Shown: positions 14,801-28,321, numbered from the whole stretch's first letter. The stretch: 63,973 nt of DNA, filler included, from Choristocarpus tenellus KU-1152 (GCA_964200185.2; 9 parts of 9 records of this genome joined end to end with filler, not necessarily neighbours in it), one strand, 5' to 3'. A program made the numbers and translations. Notes: generated from the sequence alone by a model not told the origin.

Positions 14801-17800
14801 GTATTTTTTATATACAATACACTAGAAAATCTCCCCCATCACCCGCAATAGTTGCCCTACTATCCGTGGATTGCGAAGAGATTCACCAGCTCTTATGGCA
14901 TCACATACCTTCCTCTGTGAAGGGTGCAAGTGGGACCGAAGAGAAGCCGCCCTGGTGTAGAAACAGCAATACTTTGTTAGATGGTGCAACGGTGAGGCAA
15001 CCTTCTCCTTCAACATAACACCTACAGTTTGGATTATATTGGTACACACGGTAGACATGTCATGCAAGTTTGTGTGAAATCAAGATGCAGAGTTTCAAGT
15101 AGGGAAGACTATCTTCATGTAGCGATAACTTGTGCATTTTGAGCCCTATGGCACATAACTGCAGTCCTACAAAGCAGTCAGCATAAACCATTAACATAGT
15201 ATGCTGAGTAGACATTGGAGGGGGTTACATGAAGAAGCCGCTCCTTCCTATTTGAACTTACTGTACACAATCCTTGATGTGGTATGTGTTCAACTACTAT
15301 GAACGTTCTGTGCCACATACTCACCCGAAGGCACCTGTTGGTAATGGTTGCTTCCTCCCTCCACCCTGCTCACTGCTGTCTTGACAGTGTCGCCCAGTTT
15401 GCTAACAGAGTTCTTCTTGGTTCCCATATCTTTGCCATAGCTGAGCAAGCCTTTTTTTTTTTTTAAATTCCCAAGCTTGGATGTCATTGATATCGTAGGT
15501 AATAGACCACCCAATATGCACCATTGGGTTGCCCGGTCTGTGCTTGGATATGTCGCACTAGCTTGTGAATTGGCAAGAGGAAGTGGCAACAAGTATTGTT
15601 AAGGGAAAGGTTCCCTTGTAGAGGGGAATTAGCAATGATTGAGCATAGAAATACAATGGAAAATCGGTATCTACTGTAACCCCAAAGTCTACCCTTTCAA
15701 GCATGCTCAACTAGACGAAAATCTTGTACATCACAAAAAGTCTTCAATTGATGGTCCTAATGTGCCTGGATGGGTGTGGTGCTATAGGATTATCATGCAG
15801 GGAGTTGAGCAAGGATGTGTGACAAGTGCTGCTAGATTAGTATGTAAAATGTACTCCTACAACAATGCAACTTCCACATATCTTGAAATTGTTACCATAA
15901 ATAATGATCAATACATTTATACATGTGCATGGAGTATGAAATGTTCAACTACACATGACAAACTCTCATATGCCTTACATGTAAACACCTGCCAAGGGTT
16001 TGGAAACCCCATTCTTTGAGGTATTTTCTCAAGCACCAGTGCTGGGTACGCAAGAGAAAGGTATGTTGGCCATGAGATTGAGAGTATCTGGGGGGGGGAG
16101 GGTTCTACACCAGGGTGTCCATTTGGGGCAAAATCGGGAAAGTGGATTTTCATTATCCTTCTGACGTGTGCAATCGAATCACCCAAAAATCGCGATATGA
16201 AAAATTGATCCCAAATGGACAGCCGCCACCCCCTCCCAGATACTTTGAGCCATGAGCACAGGGGATGCTGATCACGGAATTTGAAACACATGTATGTGGG
16301 CATGGAAGAATAAATAAAACATATCTACATGTAAATGCATGCATGTATGAGTGGTGGTCTTGCACATTTACCAACTTAGACTTTTATAGGGGCATTTGCA
16401 CCAAATATTTGGTGCTTCACCTTTATATGTGTCTGGAGAAGTTGAAAATGTGATCCGAAATCAGAAACATGTCACTACTCTTGGCTGCCCAGTCAAGTGT
16501 CTAAGACTCCCTCTCAATTATTACATTTTCCTCACATTAGGAACATCTTTAGTTTTGGCGGATTTTGAAATCTTGACTGGGAAGTCAAGTATAGTCAAGT
16601 GGTTATAATTCTCCAGACCATATGATAGTGGAACACTCTATTGTGCCAATCGTTTTTTCTGTTATGTAACAGGAAAGAGCTAGCAAAAAAAACAGGGATT
16701 TCCCCACAAGTCTTTTGGGGCACTACCATTTTCTGGAGAATCCTTTACCTTTCACCCTGCACAGCTTTCATGATACACTCATTCATTTACTGCACTGCAC
16801 AGCACAGCACAAGACCTGGCAATCATGATTCTGAACAAGTGAGTGTTGAGGAGAACAAACGTGTCAGTGAATGATGTAAGTATTTCAAAATTGAGGAATG
16901 CGCTTACTCACTCTGGACAATGTCCTGAAGAGTTGGCAGCAAAAACGCGTAGAGAACCTCAATATCTGTAGGAGTCAGGACCATGGTGGTCTTAGATATG
17001 GTTTCATTGCCTTCTTGTCGACAGTGGTCTTTCCCGCCATTCGCAATCATCCTCCCCCCTTCCATTCCTCCATGGACTAGGATGCCCTGCCACAAGTGAT
17101 AGTTCAAAAATCAGATATCCAGCCCTCAGAGAATTTGCTTCAGATGCATCAGAGTAATGAACACCTGTTTACTGTTGTCATGAGTACTAGTTTACATTAT
17201 TTTTCCTCTCGATGAATGTCATACATTATTTTCAACATTATTTCCAACCAAATCACTCACACTGTTCCTCTATTTGATGAGTGCAAGCAGTTACCTTCAT
17301 CCACCGGTGCTCATTCAGTACCATCAAATCCATTTCACCAGGGTTGAACTCTAAGTCACTGAGCCCACCCATGCAGCACATGAAGTATGGTCTACACCTT
17401 TTTATTCCATCCTGATAGTACAGCATGTTTGGAGACGGAAGAGTTCATCATGGTGCACGTTCCAGAGTATGCTAGCATAATTGACTTAGATGGCATTTAG
17501 ACCTGGGCTAAGGAACAAAATATATTCTGCACTATCGTTCTACACGGTACAAGATTTTGACAAAGCTTTGGTGGTGCTTCTGCTGCCATGAGCTAAAAAG
17601 GAGTACTTGGAGAAAAAACGTCCTGGTTGAGAGCCAAAGTATCTTAGAGGGTAGAGCCGCATCCATCTAGGGCTCAAGATCCAATGTTGCGATTTTGATG
17701 TAATTTTGCCTATCGTGTTTGCTAGGTCGTGTCAATATCCATGTTTTGGATACACCTGCTCATAACATACACATTATATCTACTCTGAAGCATTTTGGAG

Positions 17801-20800
17801 TAGGAAAATGTCATAAAAAACCCATGGGAAGCCAAGCCCCAAATGGACAAACAGGGCAAAACTCATACCCTCTAAGATGCTTTCACTCTGACCTAACCCT
17901 ACATTGAGGACCTACTCTTTACATGCTCTACGTACAATTATCTACCGCATGTCAAAACACTGAATAAGGCTTCACATTTTTCTTATGCTTGTTTGGCAAA
18001 AGGGTTGAACATACCAACCTACATCTATAGTCTCCTCTATTGCAAAAGAAAGAGATCCTCTTGCCACTCTGTTTAGCTTGTCTACTGGGATATTGTTCCT
18101 CAGTGGGTCGGCAGGTATATATGGAAAATCACACTTCATCTATGATCCCTAACGGCTCCTCGCACAGAACCTCTCGTCCCTTCCCTGCTTGTCTTAGGGC
18201 TCTATATACCATTGAAGTGACCCCAATTCTATATTGAAGTTGCAAAGTCATGAATTTCAGACATCGCAGACTTTGCCTAATTGATGCAATCCCACCCATC
18301 ACTCAGTATAGGTACTTCTTCTGATCCTCCCCAACAAAAGCATGAAAAATATGCACACACACACACACGTTCACACCAGCACAGCTGCTACCCCGCGGGG
18401 TTGCATCATCTCTTCTGTGGACATGTCGTTCCGCAGGTCCACAAAGCCCAAGGTTACACCTCTAGAGTCGCACATGCATTTTAGAACAGGAGCTACTTCT
18501 GTCTGGAATGCCTTGCGTTCTAGTTGCATGTCCCACCGGGTGGACAGGTACAAATTAAAAACACGCTGATGTCTGAGAGAGGAAAGAACAGCCATGTATG
18601 CAGAGCATAGGTAATGGGCAAAGGGTGAAGTAAGAGGAGGCCTGTTGTATCACATATTTCGTAGCTGGTAGTGGTACAGTACTTCACAGCAACTACTGCA
18701 GTAGTAGTAGCTAGTAGTGGTGGTATCAGTATTTACCATTTTCTAAATTCTGCAAGGTGTTAAAAACACATATGTGTATATGCTTCCACTCTGTCCACAT
18801 TTTTCAGAACAGGCATTTGAATTTTAAATGCCATTCAATTTATCAGAAAATGTCGCTGCCATAGCAGGGTGTACACCTCAGCAGCCAAGTCGCTCTATGT
18901 GTTTGTCCCCCCCTCCCCCCCACCCTCTCTCTCTTTCCCACTCATACTATCTTCCTCTGTGGGTCTCATGCTGCCATCAAAGTTGGTGCCAAATTCAGAT
19001 CTGGAAGGGTGGCACTGCAGAATATTGGTGCATTACCGATTGATCCAATCTGTGAGCATATGGCACAAAGATAGTTACTATTGCAGCAACATTGATTGGG
19101 TGGCAACTTCCAGTTTTGTGAAGTGGAAAACAAAAGCTCTGCTTTTGTTCATCATTAATCCTGCCCTATATATCTTGTCCAGCAATAGAAGCTCTTGGCA
19201 ACTTTCATGTTGTGAAAACTTAGGCCGAAATTTGCTAAACCAGTTATCTTCTTTGCTCGTGATAAATTTGCTCAAGTGAGTAAAAGCATTTAAGAGGGTA
19301 GGACCACGTCCGTTTGGGGTCATAAATCCAATGTTGAGAATGAATTTTGGCTATTGTGTCTGTTAGCAAGTGTCAATATCCATCTGAACAATCATGCCGG
19401 CTAGTTATTGATACTATTACTTCAAAGTAATAATTATTTCTCTACTGCATTCTGTCTTCAATTATTACCTGAGCCCAGCATCCCCTCACATCAAGCATTA
19501 CCTTGATATAATTTCACTGTTCTATTGTCTCAATGCTTGACCCACGACACATGGCATTCTGTGTTTCTCAAACTTTCCACAGCATATCCCCCTCGAAACT
19601 CTTGCTTCTGTCGCTCACCTGGATAGCTCTGCCACATCCTGACCAAAGTCTATTGTGCACTCAAGAACATCTGAAAAGCCAGCCACAGCATCGTCAAAAT
19701 CCACCAGGAAAGCATACACAGCATACTTGCCAGGAAACATTGGCCCTTCCTCGAACCAGAGCTACCCTCACCCAACCATGGCCAATATCCGTCCCCAAGA
19801 GTCATATGCAAGTTTGAAAAGTCAGGACTCGCGGCATGGTGACAGAAGCCGACAATATGGGGTTAGTCGAGGAGATAAATTGAGGGAATGAATAAAGATG
19901 CGACCCTGCTAATTCACTATGTGCTTGAAGACGGATGAGCAGAAACATGTAGGTTACACCCTGGAGTAGTTGTAAAATGCAAAGAAGTTGCAACTGGTCG
20001 ACATGTTACACAAATATTGTCATTTTTCCTGTGTACTAGACAGTTCCTTCCAGTGGTATGTTTCCTTACCGTGCCTGAGTTGGTGCTAGGCATCTCCTTC
20101 TGTAGCACACACTTCTCCCTACACACATCTTCTCCCCATGGCACAACTCCAAGCCAGTCTCCCGGAGAGTGAAGGGTCCTGTCATAATTGAAGCTGTAAT
20201 CAATCTATAAGCAGATGCAGAGAGAATGCGTGTGTGTGAGTGGAGGGGTATAAATATGTATTGCTTAAGGAGGTTCTTTCCTACCTCCAATGCATGATAA
20301 AGTATTGGAAAATCAAATGTTTTCCCTTAAAAACACCAATTGTCTATGAGATATTTGGGAATGATGTGACACGTAGGATATTCTGTTAGTGTAAGGGTTG
20401 CCTTCACTTCATGTTTTTCATCCCTCACTTACATATTTCTTCTTCTCCTTATTGTTTACTATTTGTACCATCATATTTATTGGCATGAATCTCCTGAGTA
20501 GGACATGATGGACCGCATAATTCGCACTGAAGAAGATGTGGACCGTGGGGCAAGGCTCCTCCTCTTGATGAGGGTAGGGTGACACTACTTGCTCTACTTT
20601 GACTCTAGGCCATTACCAAATGTGCTGAAAACAGAAACATGTGAGCCTGCACTTGAGCCATTTTCTAGGATACTTCTCAGAACGTTGGAAGAGCAATCCG
20701 AACTCACACGCACAGGGAAACCACACTCAATCTGAATTTTGGCAGGGTCATCGGTCCGGTCCTTCCTCATCTGCTTGTCGCTAGCTCCTCTCACAGAAAG

Positions 20801-23800
20801 CTGTACACTGGCCATATCAACCTTTGAGCATTACAAGGTACAAAGAATTTAAAGTTGGATTACTCAAGAGGGGGTAAAATTGGCTTCATCTTTGTTTAAA
20901 CTTGAACAACAAGTGATACTGCCAACAGATCAATAGAACCAAGATCATCTCAACAAGACACTTTGATAGCATTGGTATGTGTAGCATTGGTATGCATGAA
21001 AGAGAGACTGCCTCAAATTTGCACCTGATTTACCGTAAGAGTAGGAGGCGAAGGTATTTTTTGCCTATAGGAGAGTAGTATTATCAAGTCTCCACCCGAT
21101 AAATAGGACTTCACTTGCCTCTGCGTAGTGAGTATGCATGCATGTATATCCCTGGATCTGCAAATGTGCTCAAGAAAACATTGTGCGATGGGGTAATAAA
21201 TATGCCAATTGGTAAAATTTTGTCCTTACATCCTCTACTGATCCCTGCTCTGTCACCTTGTAAAGTTCACTCGTGGCCACCACACAGTCACTGCCCCCCA
21301 TAAAGTACCTTGTGAGGTATGTCCCTGGTCTTGTGATAATACCTTCATCAACCTTTATCAAGCCCTAGATGATTTTCGAAACAAGGCACATTATTGGTGG
21401 TGAAAAACTCATAACTGAAGGGATTTGGGGGATTTCGGTTAGGTAGATTGAGATGCTTGCCCAGCTAAGTGACGTCCAAAAATGAAGATTGATAATAATG
21501 ACAAAAATAAAATAAGAAAACAACTGCAGTGAAACTGTTGGCTGTTTTTCTTATCTTCTTTTCCTCTCTCTACGGCCAATGTTATTGTTGCACCAATAAA
21601 TGTCCAGTATTTCTTACAACAACAAAAAACGGCCTGGCATGAGGATAGCCTAACCTATGTGTGGAGGGAGGGTGTAGGTTGACGCAGGTGGGAGGGTTTA
21701 GGACCTCAGATTAAACTTGTCTTCTACGCAGCTGAAAGCAGAAATATATATATATATTTTTTTTCTAGGGGGTAGAAGAGGGATTTTCATGACACTTCCA
21801 AAAGAATCAAATAATTTCATCCCTCGCACATCCCTACCAGCTAAAGGGTCTGAAATTATTTTTCCAAAACAACAGTTAGATCTACTTGAAAAAAAGGTTT
21901 GGTAAAAGAACATCACCGGAAACAGCCTATAGCATACAACCAACTCTTGTATTTCTTCTAGTCTGAACTTATCAGGGGTATATCCCCATTTGGACCCTGC
22001 TCAGATGTACATATATATTTACTGGTTCAAACATTTTGCCTCCACCCTGCTTGAGCTAGAGAAAACGAATCTTTGCCTGGCTCAAGTTAAGGAAGAGGGC
22101 ACTTCACAGAAGGGAATATTCTCTTTAGTTTTGTAAGTCCTCGCCTTGCCTACCATATGGCAAGTTCCCAAAACTCATCCGCCCCTCCAACACACCTCAT
22201 TCGCTTCTGGAACATTTCTCCATCCAATCATCTCTCCCCAGGCCTCCAAACCACTTCCTTTCGTCTCCTCTCTTTCCCAAACACCTTTATGCACGCCCCC
22301 ACCAAGGGTGAGTTTCCTTGTGGCCTTGTCTTTCATATCTCTCTCTGTAGTTTCTTTGGTATGCATTGTTCTGGCCACTGGGATGAAGAAGAGGCCGACC
22401 CAATCACGATGTGGGTGGGAGCAATTTGGATCGTGCAGATTGGCATACCTTGTTTTGAGGAGGAATTTACACGTCAAGGCGGCAGGGGGAAGATCAGGGG
22501 GTGAGGATATAGTCATGCGCTGGTGCCTTTGCTGCTGTATACCCTCCTTTAAAGGACATGGTGTGGAGTTTGTACGTTGGCGAGAACATGGAGTGTGCAT
22601 TGTCAATGGACCCTGAACCGATGCTTTGAAACTTGTTTTTGATGAGATGAGTGCACATATGACAGTTGGCTGACATAGGAATCTCCTTACTACATTTGAG
22701 TGCTAGGACAAAAGAGGATAATGTTGGAAAAGATAGGAAAAAAATCCAGAGTTAGATTCGAAAACATATCCCTCTGAAGAGGACTCGTGCAAAATGGGAT
22801 GAAGAATACGTATACAAATCTAAGTGGCGATGTTTGGATTACTCTACAGTAGTGATCATTATGTGGATGCACTCACGAGTAAGAAATAGTGAACCTCTCG
22901 CCAAGGACTCCCCAAAGCCCTGGTCCTATGCAAATGTCCACTCTAGCCCTGAAGTCTTTGCTGAGAGGAAAGGCGTTCAGCTTACTGATCGATGTCTTCA
23001 ACACCTAACAGTGAAAAGATAAGGTTTTGTGATGCTAGGGTCTATTTTGATGAGATGTCATGTGATAAAGTGTAGTGGGAAATTTCAATTTAATATTTCA
23101 AAGTAGGATAATATATCAAAATGCAGAGTGCCAGTAGGGATGGGAAGTATGCTACAATGGAATTTGGGAAAGAGGTACATGTGGAAGACATGATAATGCG
23201 AAAATGATGGCCAGCACAGTTGTGGTGAGATTGTCAGAAAGGGAGGAAGGAGTGGAAGATTCAGCATGGGAGCTAGACCTTCAACACCCACAGCTTGATA
23301 TGGTAAAGGGGAAGTGGTGGGTGCTATGTTGTAGATTCGCATGAGCAAATTGTCGTTAGCTCATATTGCTTACATATGTAATGTATTTACAGTAGTAACT
23401 CGTGAATATTTTTCGAGTATGACTTGCACTGAGGGGTACAGCTACTCTCATATTATTTAAACTATTTCATGCTCTGAACACAAATCGTTTCGTGTGACTC
23501 CTTGAACAGACACAGGGGAATTTTACTAGTTCATGTATGAAGTCTATGCCACGCACTTTAGACGAAACATCACGTTTTCTATTGTGAGTCGAACTGAGAC
23601 TCCTATTTTCTGTCTAACAATGTCCCACTTTGTACCTGCCCTTTGCTGTTAACTCCTTTGGGAAGAATTTCATTTTGAATTGGTTGTAGCGACTTGTTTG
23701 AGCATACTTAGAGTTTGCTAGGACATTTAGAGGGTGTTGCTCGTTGAAGTATTGCAGTGAGTCTTGCTTAAGTGTCAAAGTATCCAGTCCTGTGAGGCAC

Positions 23801-26800
23801 CTGGGAATTGTTCACAACCTTGTTATTTTATCAAGATATAGATGTGGATGTGAATGGATGCATCTTCTGGGCTATAGAAGTAGTATTTCTCTCTGTTGTG
23901 GAGGTTCAAGGTGGCATAGGTCACAGTACTACTGATGACTGTGCTTTCATGATGAAGACATTAACGACATGTGAATACTACATGCAGCATGGCAGTGTGT
24001 TCAGCGCAATATGATTATTTGTCCGTTGATTCTGTTACTAGTATCTCTATCACTGAACCTGCATTTTTCTGATGCAAGCATATTGAAGCGGAAATGCATG
24101 TCTAAGTATAAGCGACTTGTACCGTGAAACTGCGAATGGCTCATTACATGAGTCATACCGTATTTGAAACGTTCGTTGCTACATGGATAACTGTAGTAAT
24201 TCTAGACCTAATACTTGCCCTTCAGGCCCAACCGCCTAAGCAAGGTGGCTGCATTGATTAGACCGAAAACAGTGCGGCTTTAGTCGGTTTGTGGTGAACT
24301 ATGACCTCTGAAGACGAGGCTTAGTATCTCCTCTTCCAGTACATCACCACAGAATAGTGAGAATTGATTATTTGGCCTGATACTCCGTGCAACCAAATCC
24401 ATGTATGTCCTGATGTGCTATACTAAGTACTCCGAGCTTACACAGGGTGGTCTATGTCGTAGAAGATTATGCATGTTCCTAGCTTTGCAGTTGTATGCAA
24501 GTAGTTCCAACTGAAAAATGCACTTAGATTCATAGTTGGAATTGCACCCTCTACCCTCTTGAATATGAGAATACTCACACCACAGTAATAATACCTTCAA
24601 GGCTTGTGGGTTGTGAACGTTCACAGATAGGGCGGAAAGGGAAACCTCAGCAGCTCGACCATAATCCTGGACTCCAAGGGAGGTCACTGCATCCCGAACA
24701 GCTTTGTTGATATCCCAATCCTCATTAGGTGTTGACGAAGATGCATCTGCCTAATGTGACCAGATAAGCACGTGTGCACTTTACTTTAATGAGATGTAGA
24801 AGGATGTGAGAGATGATACACATATGTGTTGACAGGTGTAGGCAGGAAATTTCAGCAAACATGTTAACATCCTTCACTGTTCGTTAATGTTGTGTCAATG
24901 ATGTAGCTGACATAGAGAGGGTTGTGTTTTGGAGCCAAGGCACATTCATCAGTTGATAAAAAATGAGACATACCTCTGAGGCATAGAGAGTCCATGGTCC
25001 ATTCTCAAACATCAGATAATGAATTCTTGATCATGTTGAACAAACTTTGATAGCGAATAACCATACATATACTTGTGACATGCACAAGCACTGCTGCATT
25101 GGGTGAGGGACGGATTGGAGCACCATTAAGGCTCGAGACACTGTGATCCTACAGGGTGAAGACCCCAAGAAAGCACGTATTTTATCAACAACATTTCCAT
25201 CTAGTCCTTGTCGATGTGACACTACAATTGAAAGATAGTTCATAAATATTCAAAAGTCCAAAAGGGACATATGAAAATGTACTATGGTGACGAGGAGGGG
25301 AAAGGGTGCCACCTAGAAACGTGAATTCATGCAGTGGTTTTGGTTCTCAACTCACCACACGCCTTAACCGGTTTGTAGTCTGCCACGCCCCTGCATGGGT
25401 AGGGGCAACTTCTGAAACCACTCTTTGATCGCATATCTCTCCTCCATTCTTTCCCACCCTCTTCCCCCCTCCAACAGTGGTTTCTGTGCCTTCCTTCGCT
25501 CTAGGTTTCTGCTCTACTTTGTCATTCCCCATGAGGTTAGTCTCCTTGGTTTCTTCAAGGAGAAAGTGAGGGTTGAAGGTAGAGTAATCCATTGCTAACC
25601 TCTGCCCCGGCGGCACCGCCCAGGCTTTGCCTTCTAAGTCATCAGTACCTTCCCTTCCTCCTGTTCTTGACGTGATCAACCTACCGTGTGCTTTCTCAAA
25701 GTCCTCCAGTGTTTCTGAGTCCTCTGAGCTGATAGACTTGTCTTCAGGACTACTTCTGCCTCTTGCCCAGGTTGAATTGGCAGGGACAGTATTTTTTTTT
25801 CTGCGATTACCACCTGATCTACTCCCACTTCCGATTTGATTTATTTGAGGTAGTGGGTTGGCCCTGGGGTAGGTTTAAGGATGGTGAAATTAAGGAGAAG
25901 AAATTCAAGGAAGAAAAATGAATACGCGATCGGATAAAAGGGAACAGACAATGCTAGGAAATGATTCTAAGAGACAAGGAGGTCGCAACACTAATATATA
26001 GTTTCTGAGCTTGAGTGAACGTATGTTAGAGGATGCGAGTTTTGCCCTGTTTGTCCATTTAGGGCTTGGCTTCCCGTGAGTTCTTTTATGACATTTTCAT
26101 ATTGCAAATTGTTCAGAGTAGGTAAAATGTATACGTTATGAAAAGGTGTGTGTCCGAAACAAGGATACTAACATCTCCTAACAAACACAATAGTCAATAT
26201 TACCTCAAAATCACAACACTGGATTTTGGTCCCCAAAAGGACGAGGCCCTACCCTCTAAGATACTTTAACTCTTTGCAGTGGACCTTTACGATTTTACTA
26301 TTTCTGCACTACACGCTTAATTTTGGTTTGTCTCATCAACAACTTGAAGCTCTCTCACTGACAATTTTTTACAACTCCACACACATGTATGTCTTGGCGC
26401 CCTCAAAAACGCACAGCACTCAGAGGAAACATTCAGATTGGAATATATTACTCATAGTATCATATGTCTTGAAGAATGTTCATGAGTGAATCCAAAATTT
26501 ATCCTGTCTCAGGGTTGGGGGTATGGTGTCAATGATTTAGATAAGAAAGTCACCCCTCCACTCAGAATTCCCTTGCCTCCGAGGTGCCTGTTTAGCCCTA
26601 GCCACCATTTCCTTGAACATCTGCCCCACACCTCCATCATCTTCCTCCAATGGATGGAGAACCTCTCCATTCTTGCCTCTTGTGCCAACCTTGGGGGCAC
26701 TCACTGCCCTGAGCTTGTTGATGATAGCAGTAAGCTTCTCTTTGTGAAGCTGAGGGTTCCTCATATTCAGTAATGGTGTTGTGGTCGGTGTTATATTTTG

Positions 26801-27414
26801 GTAGTTCAAACCGTTGAGGGAGACACAAAGAGGTCAGAGTAGTAAGAAGGATGAACGTTAGTCGGGCCAGAATGGAAGAAACTGAACAGAGCTGTACTGC
26901 AGTCTACTGGTGCAGCACCTAGAACAAGCCTCAATGCAGGAGTAGACAAGACACAGCAAGTATGCAATTTGCGAAGGAAAGGCACAAGATCCAGTCAAGG
27001 GCAGGCACAGATTCTGTGACCTCCCTTCCACCCTCCCTATATTTTTTCAGCACAATTTCTGGTCAACTTGATGCTAGACAACGTTCCTGTTGGAATCTAC
27101 TCTTCTGCTGGCTCTACCACCTTCTCCTTCAGCAGGATATTACTTTGTGCACATACCCTTCCACCTTCTCAGCAGGATAACAATATTTTTGCAGCACAAC
27201 TTTCGACCTATTGGTATTGTCAAGGAGACTTGGGAACTACCATACCTCCTGACCCCTTCATAGCATATATTTCGTACAAATGGCGGAGTAGCTACCTTTG
27301 GATGCAACCTAAGCTCTGCTTCTTCCTTTTCCTTGGCTCCAAGTTGGGCATCATAGATTTGGAGAAGGTGTGTTATGGCTGACCTAGTACAACCATGATC
27401 CATGCCAAAGGTCT
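2898..27414 (-). CDS. Large multi-exon host gene (possibly more than one gene): SKICH-like + DUF4062 + NACHT/STAND-like protein with long low-complexity exons
   Basis: Series of minus-strand open segments, several with identifiable GT-AG boundaries (e.g. ~27296-27414, 26510-26820, 25350-25880, 25070-25215, 24580-24750, 20597-20820, 20069-20215, 19617-19763, 18378-18567, 16909-17090, 14850-15070, 14190-14350, 12852-13654, 8810-9250, 4970-5580, 3710-4045). Boundaries are approximate. Confidence 0.55.
9662..9923 (+). mobile_element. MITE family A (~260 bp)
   Basis: AAAGTATCTTAGAGGGTA...TAAGATAATTTCACTC; internal sequence shared with the other copies. Confidence 0.85.
10483..12168 (+). mobile_element. 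Second decayed plant-type mariner element, in an intron of the large gene
   Basis: TA-CTACCTCT..GCCATACGTTTGTGCCG ... CGGCACAGTCTTACGGCATGGAGGTAG-TA. Transposase fragments SGRPSKLT, IHVGETWLY, VQHKSNIPKTM, FGGKLGVW, VQQDGTSPH, QPSNFLDPN, with stops and frameshifts. Confidence 0.9.
12852..13654 (-). CDS. Exon ending in a degenerate NACHT/STAND Walker A motif
   Basis: Ends ...LVEYLESSSTVGMGIIVQPGTGTTTALLGFLTW...CQ|gtaagt; AG acceptor near 13655; lies downstream of the DUF4062 exons. Confidence 0.6.
16076..16251 (-). mobile_element. MITE family B
   Basis: Ends CAGATACTTTGAGCC; 4-bp TSD ATGA/ATGA. Confidence 0.85.
16909..18567 (-). CDS. DUF4062-domain exons of the large gene
   Basis: RVFNLYLSTRWDMQLERKAFQTEVAPVLKCMCDSRGVTLGFVDLR matches the DUF4062 start (RVFISSTFxDMxxER...RGVxxxxVDLRWG); TPTDIEVLYAFL matches its S-x-TE-x-E end. 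Confidence 0.75.
17631..17888 (+). mobile_element. MITE family A
   Basis: GAGCCAAAGTATCTTAGAGGG...TCTAAGATGCTTTCACTC; flanks TGA/TGA. Confidence 0.9.
19278..19390 (+). mobile_element. MITE family A, truncated left half
   Basis: Degenerate GAGTAAAAGCATTTAAGAGGGTAG followed by the family body. Confidence 0.7.
19617..20215 (-). CDS. Two exons encoding a SKICH-like Ig-fold domain
   Basis: IDYSFNYDRTLHSPGDWLGVVPW...NSGT | LWFEEGPMFPGKYAVYAFLVD...GFSDVLEC (DWxG and PGxY motifs). Confidence 0.5.
24094..24305 (+). pseudogene. Degenerate 5' fragment of 18S rRNA (brown-algal type)
   Basis: ATGCATGTCTAAGTATAAGC...GTGAAACTGCGAATGGCTCATTA...CTACATGGATAACTGTAGTAATTCTAGACCTAATAC...GCTGCATTGATTAGACCGAAA; many substitutions and no flanking rDNA. 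Confidence 0.9.
26013..26272 (-). mobile_element. MITE family A
   Basis: GAGTGAACGTATGTTAGAGG...CCCTCTAAGATACTTTAACTC. Confidence 0.88.
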
Positions 27415-27481
27415 GTGACCAACAAACATGAGAGAAGAGTTGGGGAATGCGAGGCGGTGCCTAGCACAGGCAGGGCCTTTT

Positions 27482-27740
27482 GACACAAAGTATCTTAGAG
27501 GGTAGAGCCGCGTCCGTTTGGGGGCTAAAATCCAATGTTGCGATTTTGATGTAATTTTCCCTATCGTGTTTGTTAGGACGTGTCAATATCCATGTTTCGG
27601 ACACACCTTTTCATAGCGTATACACTTTCCCTGCTCCGAAACATTTTGGAGTAGGAAAAATGTGATAAAAGAACCCATAGCAAGCCAAGCCCCAAATGGA
27701 CAAACAGGGAGAAACTTGTACCCTCTAAGATACTTCACTC
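27482..27740 (+). mobile_element. MITE family A
   Basis: GACACAAAGTATCTTAGAGGG...CCCTCTAAGATACTTCACTC. Confidence 0.88.
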
Positions 27741-28190
27741 ATTGGACAATTCTTCGATTAGATCGTCAAACATCCGCTCTCCTTTATTTCCCTGCTGTAT
27801 CATTTCATCTCCTAAGGGATTATTCTGGGATATTGCCAGTGGGCGAATTTGACTCCGGCTCTCCTTTCGAAATGAAAATGCCATTGACTGTACTCCAATC
27901 TGATCTAGAACATTGGGAAGAAGAATAGGAAGAGCTCGTTCGCATAGATCAATGAGTTGGTCTTCAGCTACATACCTCCAAAAGAAAGTTGTCTCGCAGA
28001 CATGAGGCATCCACGAATCTACAGTGTACGCTCCATAGTGTAAGACAAGACGGTTGGCTGCAGCTTTCCACGATTCCCCTCTCTCTGTCCTTAAAGAACT
28101 CATTGCATTCTTTACGGCGTTTTTCGATTGGCTGTAAGAAAGAGAACATTCTCTCACCAGGATACGAACCCACTCATTAGCCGTCATGTC
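27741..28190 (-). pseudogene. Intronless coding fragment, possibly retroelement gag-like
   Basis: 150-codon ORF with LRTERGESWKAAANRL, reminiscent of the gag Q..GES.....RL motif; bounded by MITE A and MITE B. Confidence 0.3.
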
Positions 28191-28193
28191 TTT

Positions 28194-28321
28194 GGCTCAA
28201 AGTATCTGGGGGGGGGTGACGGCTGTCCATTTGGGACCAATTTGTTCATGTCGCGATTTTTGGGTGATTTGGTTCCATACATTGGATGGATAGTGATAGT
28301 GCACTTTTCCTGGTTTTGGCC
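28194..28321 (+). mobile_element. MITE family B, truncated by contig end
   Basis: GGCTCAAAGTATCTGGGGGGG then the family body. Confidence 0.85.

Noticed and set aside
22146-23022. Overlapping ORFs on both strands
   Set aside because: No recognisable motif or consistent frame; cannot support a gene call
24075-24093. 28S-like AAGCATAT..AAGCGGA next to the 18S fragment
   Set aside because: Too short and gapped to distinguish from chance
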